NCBI GenBank assembly: GCA_049430665.1 | Contig: JBMTCG010000004.1 | Location: 5,110-69,109, forward strand | Length of the DNA stretch: 64,000 nt | Direction: 5' to 3' | Origin: Flavobacteriales bacterium | GTDB taxonomy: Bacteria; Bacteroidota; Bacteroidia; Flavobacteriales_C; GCA-002722245 | Shown: positions 1 through 9,897 of the stretch, one piece after another | Layout: the number at the start of each line of letters is the position of its first letter | How positions within the stretch are numbered: position 1 is the first letter of the stretch | The notes under the pieces: model-generated | The model's input: only the letters and a program-made list of their open reading frames with translations | What the model was told of the DNA's origin: nothing | Database searches by the model: none | Translations under genes and position numbers: made by a program

Positions 1-784
1 ACGTTGCGCATGCGTAAAGAAAGATATTGGCCAAATTACCACACCAAACTTCATCTTTTCCGCAAAGGGCTCTTTTGTATTGCTCTAAAGGCGAAATGCC
101 ATTCATTGAATCAGAAGGAACACCTCTGCTTTTTGCCAATTTATCTAACAAATAAGAAGTTATTCTTTGTACTTTTTCCTTTGCTGTTTTAGTTTCTTGC
201 AAGGGAATAGCAAATTCTTTTCGTGCTTCATTTTTTTCTTGCTCGTTTAAAGTGAACGCAATAAACTTAGCACTTGGTATTTCCTGAAAAGTAATGTTGG
301 TTTCGTGTATAAAGAAACCGTTTTCAGAAGTAGTTTTGCCATTGTCAACCAAAAACTGTTTAGGATCGAAACTCACTTTCATAGAATAAACAGATGAGTC
401 GACCTGCACATTTAAAACATGATATATATTTTCTTTTGCCTTTCTTGGAAAACGAAAAACGAAAGCATCATTCACTAAACTTTGTTGTTTAATACCATCG
501 AGAAAAAAAGTATAGCCACTAAAATTTTGATAGGTGTTATTAAAAATAATTTTCACACTCAGAGTATCTATATCATTCGAATCACTGCAATTAATTACAT
601 CTGTGTAAAACAAATTGTTTTTTGCTGGATAAGCTGTAGCGTATCCCTGTGAAGCTTGATGTGTAAAGATTACGGAAGCGGCACTTGTATCAAGAAATGT
701 TTTAGAATATTTGCTGGTATATTCTTCATCGGCACATGATGCAGCCATCAAAGCAAGCACAATAAAAAGCAGAGATATTCTCAT
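1..784 (-). CDS. Lipoprotein with probable transglutaminase-like domain (partial, runs off the left edge)
   Basis: Not in the ORF track because there is no stop in the window. Manual translation from ATG 784: MRISLLFIVLALMAASC (lipobox) ... GVPSDSMNGISPLEQYKRALCGKDEVWCGNLANIFLYACA. WCGNLANIF resembles the transglutaminase-like catalytic Cys motif. Starts 1 nt after the stop of the HD gene. Confidence 0.7.
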   Translation of the reverse strand, partial: MRISLLFIVLALMAASCADEEYTSKYSKTFLDTSAASVIFTHQASQGYATAYPAKNNLFYTDVINCSDSNDIDTLSVKIIFNNTYQNFSGYTFFLDGIKQQSLVNDAFVFRFPRKAKENIYHVLNVQVDSSVYSMKVSFDPKQFLVDNGKTTSENGFFIHETNITFQEIPSAKFIAFTLNEQEKNEARKEFAIPLQETKTAKEKVQRITSYLLDKLAKSRGVPSDSMNGISPLEQYKRALCGKDEVWCGNLANIFLYACAT

Positions 785-785
785 A

Positions 786-2864
786 TTAGGCATTAGGATA
801 TTCAATTCGAACATGATAAATATTCATCAACATCTTTTTCAAAATCTTCTTGATTTGAGATATTTCTTTTAGCGTAATATCGGCATTCACAAACTGTCCT
901 TCCTCCATTTGTTTATGAATTATTTTTTCCACCAATTGCTCGATCTTTTCTGAGTTAACTTCTTTCAAACTACGAGAAGCAGCCTCCACAGAATCGGCCA
1001 TCATCAACACCGCCGTTTCTTTGGAGAAAGGAATCGGTCCGGGATAAGTGTACCTCTCAATTTCTGGCGATTCTTCTGGAAAATCTTCTTTCGCTTTTCT
1101 ATAAAAATACTCGGCTTTAGTAGTTCCGTGATGCGTGCGAATGAAATCAATCACCTGCTCGGGCAAACGATGTTTCTTGGCTATTTCGATACCGTGAATC
1201 ACGTGCTCGATGATGATACGCGCACTTTCTTCGCTCGACAATTCATGATGCGGATTTACGCCCGTCACCTGATTTTCGATGAAGTACATAGGTCTTTCCA
1301 TTTTGCCTATATCGTGGTATAAGGCAGCAGTTCTAATGAGCAAAGCATTACCACCCACTTGATAAATAGCAGCCTCAGCTAAGTTGGCCACTTGCAAAGA
1401 ATGCTGAAAGGTGCCAGGTGCTTTTAGCGACAATTCGCGAAGTAATTTGTTGTTGGTATCGGAAAGCTCTAAAAGAGTCATATCAGAAACGAATCCGAAC
1501 ATTTTTTCGAAAGCAAAAATCAAAGGATACGCAAACATGATAAGCATAGAACTGATACCAAACCACATAAAATCTCTCCACATAATTCTAGTAAAATCTC
1601 CTTCTTGCAAAAGTGTAAGCGCAAAAAAAGTAATGCTATAGGCAGCGAACACCATTCCCGAGGTTAAGAGCAATTGAGAGCGTCGACGGAAATTGGCGAA
1701 CCCGAAAATAGCCATGATGCCTGCCACGAATTGATAAAACACAAAAGAAAAGCTGTCGGCTACCATAAAGCCCACAATCATCAACGTCACCAAATGCGCA
1801 AAGAAAGCCGTTCGTGTATCAAAGAAAGAGCGCACAACAACGGGAATCAAGCAGAAAGGAACTACATACACCTTCAACCAACTAACGCGCAGGGCAATTA
1901 CTGTTGCCAATACAAAAATATTGAGCAAGAGCAGCAAGAACACCAAATGACGATTGTTGAAGAAAATCTCTTTACGGAAATAATACAAAAACAAGAAGAA
2001 GCAACCCAAAGCCACGGTAACCAAAATGAGTTGAGCAAAAATCACCACTAAGCGCTTGTTTTTCTCTAGAATTTGAGATTCGTATTTGGCTTTAAAAGAA
2101 TTTAAAATCTCTAGTTTCTCCTGATCTATGTTCTCCCCTCTTCTAATGATTAAGCGACCTTGCTCCCATGTGCCCGCATCGGTTTCTAATTTGGCCAATT
2201 CGGCATTGAGCACCAATTGCGTTTTGCGGGCATCATACAACACGTTGGCAGCATCCTTTCGCAACACCTGCTCTAGCACTTTTAATATGATTTCTTTGCT
2301 TTCGTACTCTTTACGCAAATTGTACTCGGCAAATTCAACAGCACTTTTAAGAGTAAACACATCGTCTTTGGTGTATGCTCCGGCCACATTGTTCTTCACA
2401 ACATAAAAAACTGTGCTATCACTCAAAGTACTTAATTCACCATGCGCATCGGCCAACCCTTTTTTATAAATTCCCTTTAACACAGGTTCGGCAATGCTTA
2501 GGTACTGCAGTTTCAATTCTTCAAGCTTATCTTTTTCTGTTTTTTCAGCAAGCTGGCGCATCAACTCCAATTCAAATTCAACAGCCTTTTGGTCGTACAC
2601 ATCTTCATTGAACTTGAAATAAAGTTTTTTCTTCGATTCTAGCTGTTTGCTCTCTATTCTGAGGTCATCGGAGTTCTTGTTTAAGGGTATGGAATAAGGT
2701 GCAAACAAATCGCTGTATTGCCATGCTTTGTTCTTTTGAAATTCGTACTTAAACGACACCTCTCTTGGCAGCAAAAACACAATAAAAGCAATGGTTCCCA
2801 AAAACAACAACACTTTATAGATGTTGTCGTGACGGTTTCTAATATTTTCTACAATTTTCTGCAT
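786..2864 (-). CDS. 7TM-HD (HDIG) phosphohydrolase, PgpH-like cyclic-di-AMP phosphodiesterase family
   Basis: N-terminal TM, extracellular domain, 7 TM helices, then APGTFQHSLQVANLAE, YHDIGK, HHGT and MMADSVEAASRSL motifs. Confidence 0.9.
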   Translation of the reverse strand: MQKIVENIRNRHDNIYKVLLFLGTIAFIVFLLPREVSFKYEFQKNKAWQYSDLFAPYSIPLNKNSDDLRIESKQLESKKKLYFKFNEDVYDQKAVEFELELMRQLAEKTEKDKLEELKLQYLSIAEPVLKGIYKKGLADAHGELSTLSDSTVFYVVKNNVAGAYTKDDVFTLKSAVEFAEYNLRKEYESKEIILKVLEQVLRKDAANVLYDARKTQLVLNAELAKLETDAGTWEQGRLIIRRGENIDQEKLEILNSFKAKYESQILEKNKRLVVIFAQLILVTVALGCFFLFLYYFRKEIFFNNRHLVFLLLLLNIFVLATVIALRVSWLKVYVVPFCLIPVVVRSFFDTRTAFFAHLVTLMIVGFMVADSFSFVFYQFVAGIMAIFGFANFRRRSQLLLTSGMVFAAYSITFFALTLLQEGDFTRIMWRDFMWFGISSMLIMFAYPLIFAFEKMFGFVSDMTLLELSDTNNKLLRELSLKAPGTFQHSLQVANLAEAAIYQVGGNALLIRTAALYHDIGKMERPMYFIENQVTGVNPHHELSSEESARIIIEHVIHGIEIAKKHRLPEQVIDFIRTHHGTTKAEYFYRKAKEDFPEESPEIERYTYPGPIPFSKETAVLMMADSVEAASRSLKEVNSEKIEQLVEKIIHKQMEEGQFVNADITLKEISQIKKILKKMLMNIYHVRIEYPNA

Positions 2865-2889
2865 GGGGTGTAAAGGTAAATTAATTTAC

Positions 2890-2897
2890 TATTTTTG
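2890..2897 (+). promoter_or_regulatory. Bacteroidetes sigma-70 -7 box (TAnnTTTG) for aspC
   Basis: tatttttg, 25 nt upstream of ATG 2923. Confidence 0.6.
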
Positions 2898-2922
2898 CCC
2901 CACTAATTTAAAATCAAAAACA

Positions 2923-4122
2923 ATGGCTCACGTATCACAAAGAGTACAAGACCTTATCGAATCGGCTACTATCGCTATGACAGCGAAAAGCCGCGAGTTA
3001 AAAGCACAAGGATTAGATGTTATCAGTTTAAGTATCGGCGAACCCGATTTTAACACTCCTGATGTCGTTAAAGAAGCTGCTAAAACAGCTATCGATAAAA
3101 ACTTTAGTAAGTACCCTCCTGTACCAGGTTACCTTGAGTTACAGCAGGCTATTGCCAATAAATTGAAAAGAGAAAACAACGTTGAATACAAACCGAACCA
3201 AATTGTAGTTTCTACAGGTGCTAAACATTCTATCGCGAATGTAATGTTGGCTTGTATCAACCCTGGTGATGAAGTTATTTTACCTGCTCCTTACTGGGTT
3301 AGCTATGCCGACTTAGTAAAATTGGCAGGTGGTGTTGTGGTAGAAGTTAAAGCTACTATTGAGAACGATTTTAAAATCACTCCTGCTCAATTGGAAGCTG
3401 CTATCACACCTAAAACAAGATTGGTAGTTTATTCTTCACCTTGCAACCCTTCAGGTTCTGTATATTCTAAAGCAGAGTTGGAAGCATTGGCAAGAGTGGT
3501 GGTTAAACATGATGAGTTATATGTATTGGCTGATGAAATTTACGAATACATCAACTTTACAGGCGAGCCTACAGCTAGTATGGCTTCTTTCGACTTCGTT
3601 AAAGACCGCGTATTCACGGTAAACGGAGTAGCTAAAGGTGCTGCCATGACTGGTTGGAGAATAGGATATTTGGCTGGTCCGGATTGGATTGCTAAAGCTT
3701 GTACAAAACTACAAGGACAAATTACTTCTGGCGCATGTACCATTGCTCAACAAGCTACTATCACTGCGGTGAACGAAGGCGTTAACTTAACAGGCGAAAT
3801 GAGAGTGGCTTTCCTGAGAAGAAGAGACTTGGTTTTAGGTTTATTGAAAGAAATTCCAGGATTGAAAACCAACGTTCCAGCCGGAGCATTTTATATTTTC
3901 CCTGATGCGTCTTACTATTTGGGTACTACTTTCAACGGTAAAGCCATTAAAACAGGTGATGATTTAGCTAACTTCCTATTAGAAGATGCATTGGTAGCTT
4001 GTGTAGGTGGTGATTCATTTGGTTCTCCTGAATGTATTCGTATTTCTTACGCAACATCTGATGATGTTTTAGTGAAAGCGATTGGAAGAATTAAAGCTTC
4101 TTTAGCGAAATTGAAATCATAA
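2923..4122 (+). CDS. aspC: Aspartate aminotransferase (class I/II PLP-dependent)
   Basis: SLSIGEPDFNTP, PCNPSG, DEIYE, NGVAKGAAMTGWRIGY (PLP lysine). Start moved to MAHVSQR because the longer ORF overlaps the promoter box. Confidence 0.92.
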   Translation: MAHVSQRVQDLIESATIAMTAKSRELKAQGLDVISLSIGEPDFNTPDVVKEAAKTAIDKNFSKYPPVPGYLELQQAIANKLKRENNVEYKPNQIVVSTGAKHSIANVMLACINPGDEVILPAPYWVSYADLVKLAGGVVVEVKATIENDFKITPAQLEAAITPKTRLVVYSSPCNPSGSVYSKAELEALARVVVKHDELYVLADEIYEYINFTGEPTASMASFDFVKDRVFTVNGVAKGAAMTGWRIGYLAGPDWIAKACTKLQGQITSGACTIAQQATITAVNEGVNLTGEMRVAFLRRRDLVLGLLKEIPGLKTNVPAGAFYIFPDASYYLGTTFNGKAIKTGDDLANFLLEDALVACVGGDSFGSPECIRISYATSDDVLVKAIGRIKASLAKLKS

Positions 4123-4124
4123 AA

Positions 4125-5108
4125 ATGTCGAAAGCATCCATAGAAAAAGCCTTTGAATCCTTCAACAATCAAACAGTTTTGATTGTTGGAGATTCAATGG
4201 TGGATGCTTATTTATGGGGACACGTTTCCCGAATCTCTCCTGAAGCTCCTGTTCCTGTGGTATCTATTAGCAAGCGCGAAAATCGTTTAGGTGGCGCTGC
4301 CAACGTAGCTTTAAACATTGTTGCCTTGGGCGCAAAGCCTATACTTTGCGGAGTAATTGGCAACGACAGCAAAGGTGAATCATTCTTAGAACTATTAAAA
4401 GAAAGTAATCTTTCTGCAGAAGGAATGGTGATCGACAAAAAAAGAAAAACCACTTCTAAAACCCGCATCATCAGCTCAGCGCATCACATGTTGCGCGTGG
4501 ATGAAGAAACTACAGAATACTTAGATTCAGCATCAGAAAAAGCTTTTTTAGATAAGATTTCGGCATTGTTGAACACCCAAAAAATTGATGTTGTTATTTT
4601 AGAAGATTACAACAAAGGTGTTTTAACCGAGAAGGTAATCAGCGAAACCATCGCTATGGCGAAAGCCAAAAACATTCCTGTTACTGTTGACCCTAAAAAA
4701 TCGAATTTCTTTTTGTACAAAGGTGCGACGATGTTCAAACCTAACTTAAAGGAGTTTGTTGAAGGCACTAAAATAGATTGGGAAGTCTTTAATTTGGATA
4801 CCCTTAAAGAGAAAGCCAAAAAATTTAAAGAAGAATTAAATATCGACAAATTGCTCATCACTTTATCTGAAAAGGGAGCATTAATCTGCGGAGAAAAAGA
4901 AATTCATGTCCCTGCTGAAATACGCAATATCGCCGATGTTAGCGGCGCAGGCGACACTGTTATCGCTGTTGCTTCCTTGGCCTTATCATCGGGTTTAAGC
5001 GACGAAGAAATTGTTAGAATATCAAATCTTGCAGGAGGCTTAGTTTGCGAGAAAGTTGGTGTTGTGCCGGTGGACAAGGCGCAATTGCTCACTGAGGCAA
5101 CTAAATAA
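4125..5108 (+). CDS. D-glycero-beta-D-manno-heptose-7-phosphate kinase (RfaE/HldE domain I, PfkB family)
   Basis: VGDSMVDAYLWGHVSRISPEAPVPVV, LGGAANVALN, KTRII, DYNKGVL, VDPK, DVSGAGDTV. Confidence 0.9.
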   Translation: MSKASIEKAFESFNNQTVLIVGDSMVDAYLWGHVSRISPEAPVPVVSISKRENRLGGAANVALNIVALGAKPILCGVIGNDSKGESFLELLKESNLSAEGMVIDKKRKTTSKTRIISSAHHMLRVDEETTEYLDSASEKAFLDKISALLNTQKIDVVILEDYNKGVLTEKVISETIAMAKAKNIPVTVDPKKSNFFLYKGATMFKPNLKEFVEGTKIDWEVFNLDTLKEKAKKFKEELNIDKLLITLSEKGALICGEKEIHVPAEIRNIADVSGAGDTVIAVASLALSSGLSDEEIVRISNLAGGLVCEKVGVVPVDKAQLLTEATK

Positions 5109-5126
5109 TTCCATCAAACAAACTCC

Positions 5127-8100
5127 CTATTTCATCTTCTCGTAATACTGAATTGCAGTAGTCATATTTATTTTCACCCCTTTGTAGAAAGCAATCAAGA
5201 AAGAATCTTGCAAGCCTTTAGCTTTTAAACTCTCTTTGTAAGCAGAAGCCTCTGCCGGATTTTTAAATTCACCAGTGATGTATCTTTTCAATCCTTGTTC
5301 AGTGGTTTCTATTTTTAAATCGGGAATGGTTGCCAATATTTTTTGAACCTCAGCTGGTGGCTCGCCTGCAAACAAACCAACCTGTACTTGAATTTTAAGG
5401 AAAGCTAAATTAGCAGAATCTTTAGGGGTTGCACGTTGTTTTGGCGTAACATCCACTTTCTTTTCTTCGATAGCCGTCACCTCAGTATTTTGTTTTGGAG
5501 AAACTTGTTTTTGAGTAGAATCGACTGGTGCTTTTTTAAATTCATCGGCGCCCACCAAATCAGCAACAGAAACTCTTGCTCCATCTTTATAAGCAGTAAC
5601 AAATGCGTCTGTAAAACCTTTATCACGCATAGCTATTTTTAATTCTTGAGCTTGCTTATAATTATCTAGAGAACCTACGGCATAGCGCACCAAACCATCT
5701 TGTCCGTCGAAACGAACCACCTGTACACCTTTAAAGACTGCCTCATTCACTTTATTTTTGAATGCCCCCAACTGCACACGATACACCACTTTACCATCTT
5801 TAACCGCATCTTGTTTAGCCGCAATTTTTGTATTTGGAATTTGTTTAAATTGTGTACCATCGTATTTTACTACTTCGGTATTGAACCCTTGATCACTCAA
5901 TTTTTTAGCACGAACTTTTGCAGAATCTAGGCTTACATAATTTCCTGCCGTATAGGTTGTTTTGTTTGGATCGAAAGTCTCTGTTCCTTTAACATCTGGA
6001 ATGTTTAAGATTTTATCCATTTCCTTAGTACTCACCCCTTTGTCGAATTCACCCACCTTCACTGTAAACTTGTCAATTAGTTCCTTGTTTTTTACAGAAT
6101 CTATCGGTGTATTAACAACTGTAGGCTCTTTTGTTCCTGATGCTTTCACCAATTTACCATCTTGCACTTTCACCAATTCTGGCGCTTTAATGCCTTTGGC
6201 TTTTTGTTCATTTAATTTTTTAGTCGCTATCGACAAATCTGGGAAAGTACCCACTACTACATCTTCAGAACCATCTTCGTTTTTCACTTTAACAGCACCT
6301 ACTGTAGCCTCTAATTTTGCTTTAACTTCAGGAGATGTTGTAGAATCAATTCTTCCAATTTTAACTGCGTACTCTCCATCTTTCAATTTCTTGGTGGTTG
6401 GCGTGGTAACTACCGGAGTTGTTGTTACTGGTTTGTCTTTTACTGGAGGTGTAACGGTGACCGGATTTAACTTTCCTTCTTCCACCTTAACAATCTCTGT
6501 TTTGAATCCTTTTTGTTTTAAAAGCGCTGCTTCTTTTTGTGCCGATTCTATAGATTCGAAGCCCGAATTCGAACTCAACACATCTTTAGTTCCATCAACA
6601 TTATCCACCTTTACATTTTTTGGCAAAAGCTTGTCGATTTTTTGCTGCTCAGCCGCGGAAGTAATTGGAGTAATTTTCGTGGTCTTCACAGCATATTTAC
6701 CTTCCATCAACTCTAAATCAGTTGGCTGTTTAATCACAGGAGCTTTAAAGAACGTAGAGTCTTTATCGTCGAGTACTTTTCCATCTTGAATCTTCACAAC
6801 CTTAGCATCTTTGAACTCTTTTTTGAAAGTAGGTAAATCGATAGAAGCCGAAGTTAAATCTTTGTATTTGCCAACAATAAACTGAGTAGAATTCTTTTCG
6901 CCAGATACTGCTTTAACATCCTTATCGGCAGTGATAAACTTCGCTTTATCTTCGGCATTGGCGCTGGCAGGTGTTGTGCCCAAATGTATGGCGTACTGAC
7001 CTTCCTTGTCTTTTAATTTTCCTTTTTCTTGTTCTTGCTTTTCAAGTTCAGCAGCTTTATCAAAATCCTCAACAGGAATGAATGAATTTCCTTTCTGCAT
7101 CACGATTTTGGCCATTGGAAACTTATCGTCTAACAATTGTTTCTGACGAGCCTTAGCCAATTCAATATCGGCGAATTTACCCACCAAATAACCAGTGATG
7201 GTGTCGTTCATCGGAGCAGCGATAATATCGGGTTGGGCTAAAAATTTATCGGCCAAATGATCAGGAATTTTTTTTGCGTATTCGCCCACCAAGACTCTGT
7301 AAATAGCACTTCCACTTCGATTGGCATCGGCCAATTTCACCAATATTTCGTAAGGTATATCTAATGAATCAATGTATCTGCGGTACCATTTTTCGTAATC
7401 GGCATCGGTCATTTCAACACCGTTGGCATTTACAAAAGCTTTGGCAGCCGATTCTTCTTTGTCTAAATAATCGGGCACACCGTCTTTGTCGCCATCTAAC
7501 GGACAACCACTACTGTCTACCGCAACGCCTTTAGGAGTTGCTAAACAGCGATCGTACCAATCGAAAACGCCATCATTGTCGGTATCGGTTGTATTAATAG
7601 CAAAATAATCAACAAATTGAAAATCTTTCTTGGCTCTAGCCGCACCGCCCAATAAATCATAATGCAATGAAACCGAGTTGTAAAAGAAATAATCATTGCT
7701 GGCGTTTCCTGCACGCAAGCCTTTTCCCGCCTCAGAAACATTGTCAACATTATCGGTAAAAGTATAATGGAAAGAAGAGCCCATTCGCAAAGTAAATCTA
7801 TCGCTAATGTTGAACTGTAAACCTAAACCAACTGGAACAGAAAAGCTAACTCTAGCATAATTGCCTAAGCCATCTAAATTCATCCCTCGCAAGTCACTTT
7901 CGTAATCGTAATCTCTTTTAAGTTCAATAGCGTCCACCGCATTAGGTGCATCTTGCGCTATGTTTTTGATAGAGCCGTCATCCCAATGAAAGTAAGTGTT
8001 TCCGGCAGCATTTACCAAATCGGCTTTAGAGTTGAACTCAAAAGTTTCAAAACCGATAGAAGTATAAGGTTGAACTACTTTACTGTGTATAAAATGTCCC

Positions 8101-8426
8101 CAATTGTATAAACCATAAGCAGAGAAAGAATTGACCCGTGTTTGAAAGTTAAGGTAAGCACCACTGTTTTGATTTCCTGTCATGGTACCATTGATGTAGA
8201 TAAAGCCTAAATCAAAATAAGAATTTATTTTACGCGACACATCGAAGGAAAAGCCCATTTGACCAACCAAAGGCGAATTGGCTTTTTTATTATTCACCTC
8301 ACCGTAGAAGCTAAAGTAGCCGGCACCAAAGCCCACTTGCGGCCTAAATTCTTTACTGCTTAAGGTTTGAGAAAATGAAGTAAAGCCCGCGCTAAGCAAG
8401 CAAAACAGAAATAGTAGATATTTCAT
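5127..8426 (-). CDS. Outer-membrane beta-barrel (DUF6089/PorG-like) + thrombospondin type-3 repeats + seven SPOR-like domains
   Basis: Signal peptide MKYLLFLFCLLSAGFTSFSQ; barrel motifs VPVGLGLQF, HYTFTDNVDNV, SVSLHYDL; DTDNDGVFDWYDRC and DGDKDGVPDYLDKE; seven ~75-aa repeats, e.g. YRVQLGAF...RYAVG...A.ELK..MRDKGF.DAFV.AYKDG. Confidence 0.8.
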   Translation of the reverse strand: MKYLLFLFCLLSAGFTSFSQTLSSKEFRPQVGFGAGYFSFYGEVNNKKANSPLVGQMGFSFDVSRKINSYFDLGFIYINGTMTGNQNSGAYLNFQTRVNSFSAYGLYNWGHFIHSKVVQPYTSIGFETFEFNSKADLVNAAGNTYFHWDDGSIKNIAQDAPNAVDAIELKRDYDYESDLRGMNLDGLGNYARVSFSVPVGLGLQFNISDRFTLRMGSSFHYTFTDNVDNVSEAGKGLRAGNASNDYFFYNSVSLHYDLLGGAARAKKDFQFVDYFAINTTDTDNDGVFDWYDRCLATPKGVAVDSSGCPLDGDKDGVPDYLDKEESAAKAFVNANGVEMTDADYEKWYRRYIDSLDIPYEILVKLADANRSGSAIYRVLVGEYAKKIPDHLADKFLAQPDIIAAPMNDTITGYLVGKFADIELAKARQKQLLDDKFPMAKIVMQKGNSFIPVEDFDKAAELEKQEQEKGKLKDKEGQYAIHLGTTPASANAEDKAKFITADKDVKAVSGEKNSTQFIVGKYKDLTSASIDLPTFKKEFKDAKVVKIQDGKVLDDKDSTFFKAPVIKQPTDLELMEGKYAVKTTKITPITSAAEQQKIDKLLPKNVKVDNVDGTKDVLSSNSGFESIESAQKEAALLKQKGFKTEIVKVEEGKLNPVTVTPPVKDKPVTTTPVVTTPTTKKLKDGEYAVKIGRIDSTTSPEVKAKLEATVGAVKVKNEDGSEDVVVGTFPDLSIATKKLNEQKAKGIKAPELVKVQDGKLVKASGTKEPTVVNTPIDSVKNKELIDKFTVKVGEFDKGVSTKEMDKILNIPDVKGTETFDPNKTTYTAGNYVSLDSAKVRAKKLSDQGFNTEVVKYDGTQFKQIPNTKIAAKQDAVKDGKVVYRVQLGAFKNKVNEAVFKGVQVVRFDGQDGLVRYAVGSLDNYKQAQELKIAMRDKGFTDAFVTAYKDGARVSVADLVGADEFKKAPVDSTQKQVSPKQNTEVTAIEEKKVDVTPKQRATPKDSANLAFLKIQVQVGLFAGEPPAEVQKILATIPDLKIETTEQGLKRYITGEFKNPAEASAYKESLKAKGLQDSFLIAFYKGVKINMTTAIQYYEKMK

Positions 8427-8453
8427 CTTTTTCTTATGGAGATTCACAAATGT

Positions 8454-8461
8454 CAAATGTA
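8454..8461 (-). promoter_or_regulatory. -7 promoter box for the SPOR-repeat gene
   Basis: Minus-strand tacatttg; supports the start at 8426. Confidence 0.6.
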
Positions 8462-8566
8462 AAATTAAAGCAGAACGATTCTTATACGCTGCCTTTTTAA
8501 AATTAGTTTAATTATGAGTGGTTTAAAGTAAAAAGAGAGGAAACAATGAACATCAAACCGTTAGTA

Positions 8567-8600
8567 AAACAAAAAGCTCCCGTCAACCGACGGAAGCTTT
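8567..8600 (-). terminator. Rho-independent terminator after rplT
   Basis: Minus strand agcttccgtc-ggtt-gacgggagct followed by ttttgtttt. Confidence 0.85.
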
Positions 8601-8621
8601 CTATATATCAACCAAAGAAGA

Positions 8622-8969
8622 TTATTTGTTTACAGAATCAACCACAGCTTTGAAAGCCTCTGGATGATTAGCTGCTAAATCAGCTAAAGTTTTTCTGTTC
8701 AATTCAATTCCTGATTTACCTACTTTACCAATGAATTCAGAGTAAGACATACCGTGCTCACGAGCACCAGCATTAATTCTTTGAATCCAAAGAGCTCTGT
8801 AGTTTCTTTTCTTTTGTTTACGTCCGCTATAAGCGTAAGTCAAACCTTTTTCAATTGCGTTTTTCGCAACCGACCACACGTTTTTCGCTCTACCAAAGTA
8901 CCCCTTGGCGTGCTTGAGGGCCTTTTTCTTTTTCGCTTTACTAGCGACTGAGTTTGTTGATCTAGGCAT
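8622..8969 (-). CDS. rplT: 50S ribosomal protein L20
   Basis: [10 protein letters not shown]...AKGYFG...[33 protein letters not shown]. Confidence 0.99.
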   Translation of the reverse strand: MPRSTNSVASKAKKKKALKHAKGYFGRAKNVWSVAKNAIEKGLTYAYSGRKQKKRNYRALWIQRINAGAREHGMSYSEFIGKVGKSGIELNRKTLADLAANHPEAFKAVVDSVNK

Positions 8970-9054
8970 ACAATCTTAGTTTTTTGATGGTTAGCGGCTA
9001 TCTATTAAGACAACGCTTGTTGGCTAAACATCTGGTTAAACAATAACAAGGGAA

Positions 9055-9255
9055 TTATTTCCCTATGGTTAAAAGCAATTTGATTCTTCCTTCGTTGGTA
9101 ACATCTACCATTCCGGTTGCCGTCAAAGCTCTTTTTCTTTTCGTGCTTTTCTTAGTCAAGATATGACGTTTGTAAGCATGTTTTCTTTTCAATTTTCCAG
9201 AACCAGTAACTTCGAATCTCTTCTTAGCGCTGGAATTCTTCTTCATTTTTGGCAT
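9055..9255 (-). CDS. rpmI: 50S ribosomal protein L35
   Basis: [36 protein letters not shown]. Confidence 0.99.
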   Translation of the reverse strand: MPKMKKNSSAKKRFEVTGSGKLKRKHAYKRHILTKKSTKRKRALTATGMVDVTNEGRIKLLLTIGK

Positions 9256-9285
9256 AACACTCTATTTATATAAAATTCTTAATTC

Positions 9286-9897
9286 CTATTTCTTTGGTGC
9301 AATCATTACAATCATCTTCTTCCCTTCTAACTGCGGCATTCCTTCAGCTTTACCCCACTCTTCCAATTCGTTTACAAACTTCAACAATAAAATCTGACCT
9401 CTTTCTTTGTAAACAATCGCTCTACCTTTAAAGAACACGTAAGCCTTCACTTTCGCTCCATCTTCCAAAAACTCCTGAGCATGTTTCAACTTAAAGTTAA
9501 AGTCATGTTCATCGGTATTGGGCCCAAAACGAATCTCTTTAATAACTACAGCCTGAGTATTTTTCTTAATCTCCTTCTGTTTCTTCTTCTGCTGGTATAA
9601 AAACTTCTTATAGTCAGTAATTTTACAAACAGGAGGTTCAGCGTTAGGTGAAATCTCCACCAAGTCGAGCTCCATTTCTTTAGCTAAAGCTATTGCTTCT
9701 CTGATTGGATATACAGCAGAATCAATACCTTCACCTACTACCCTAACTTCACGATTTGTAATCTCCTCGTTGATACGGTGTGGATTCTTTTTAATGAATC
9801 TTCCGCCTCTCGGACGTTGGAAATTATTTCCTCCACCACCTGGTGCACTACCTGCTGGTTTTTTGAAATTGGGATTAAAGCCTCCTGGTTGTCTCAT
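9286..9897 (-). CDS. infC: Translation initiation factor IF-3 with Gly/Arg/Asn-rich N-terminal extension
   Basis: RINEEI...[39 protein letters not shown]; thrS-infC-rpmI-rplT synteny. Confidence 0.97.
   Translation of the reverse strand: MRQPGGFNPNFKKPAGSAPGGGGNNFQRPRGGRFIKKNPHRINEEITNREVRVVGEGIDSAVYPIREAIALAKEMELDLVEISPNAEPPVCKITDYKKFLYQQKKKQKEIKKNTQAVVIKEIRFGPNTDEHDFNFKLKHAQEFLEDGAKVKAYVFFKGRAIVYKERGQILLLKFVNELEEWGKAEGMPQLEGKKMIVMIAPKK

Noticed and set aside
4-192. 62-aa plus-strand ORF
   Set aside because: Antisense to the longer minus-strand lipoprotein frame that runs off the window
5962-6789. 275-aa plus-strand ORF, and many shorter antisense ORFs in the track (e.g. 1674-2051, 46269-46553, 54940-55467)
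   Set aside because: They are shadows of well-supported genes on the opposite strand; low-complexity sense codons suppress antisense stops, and there are no family motifs
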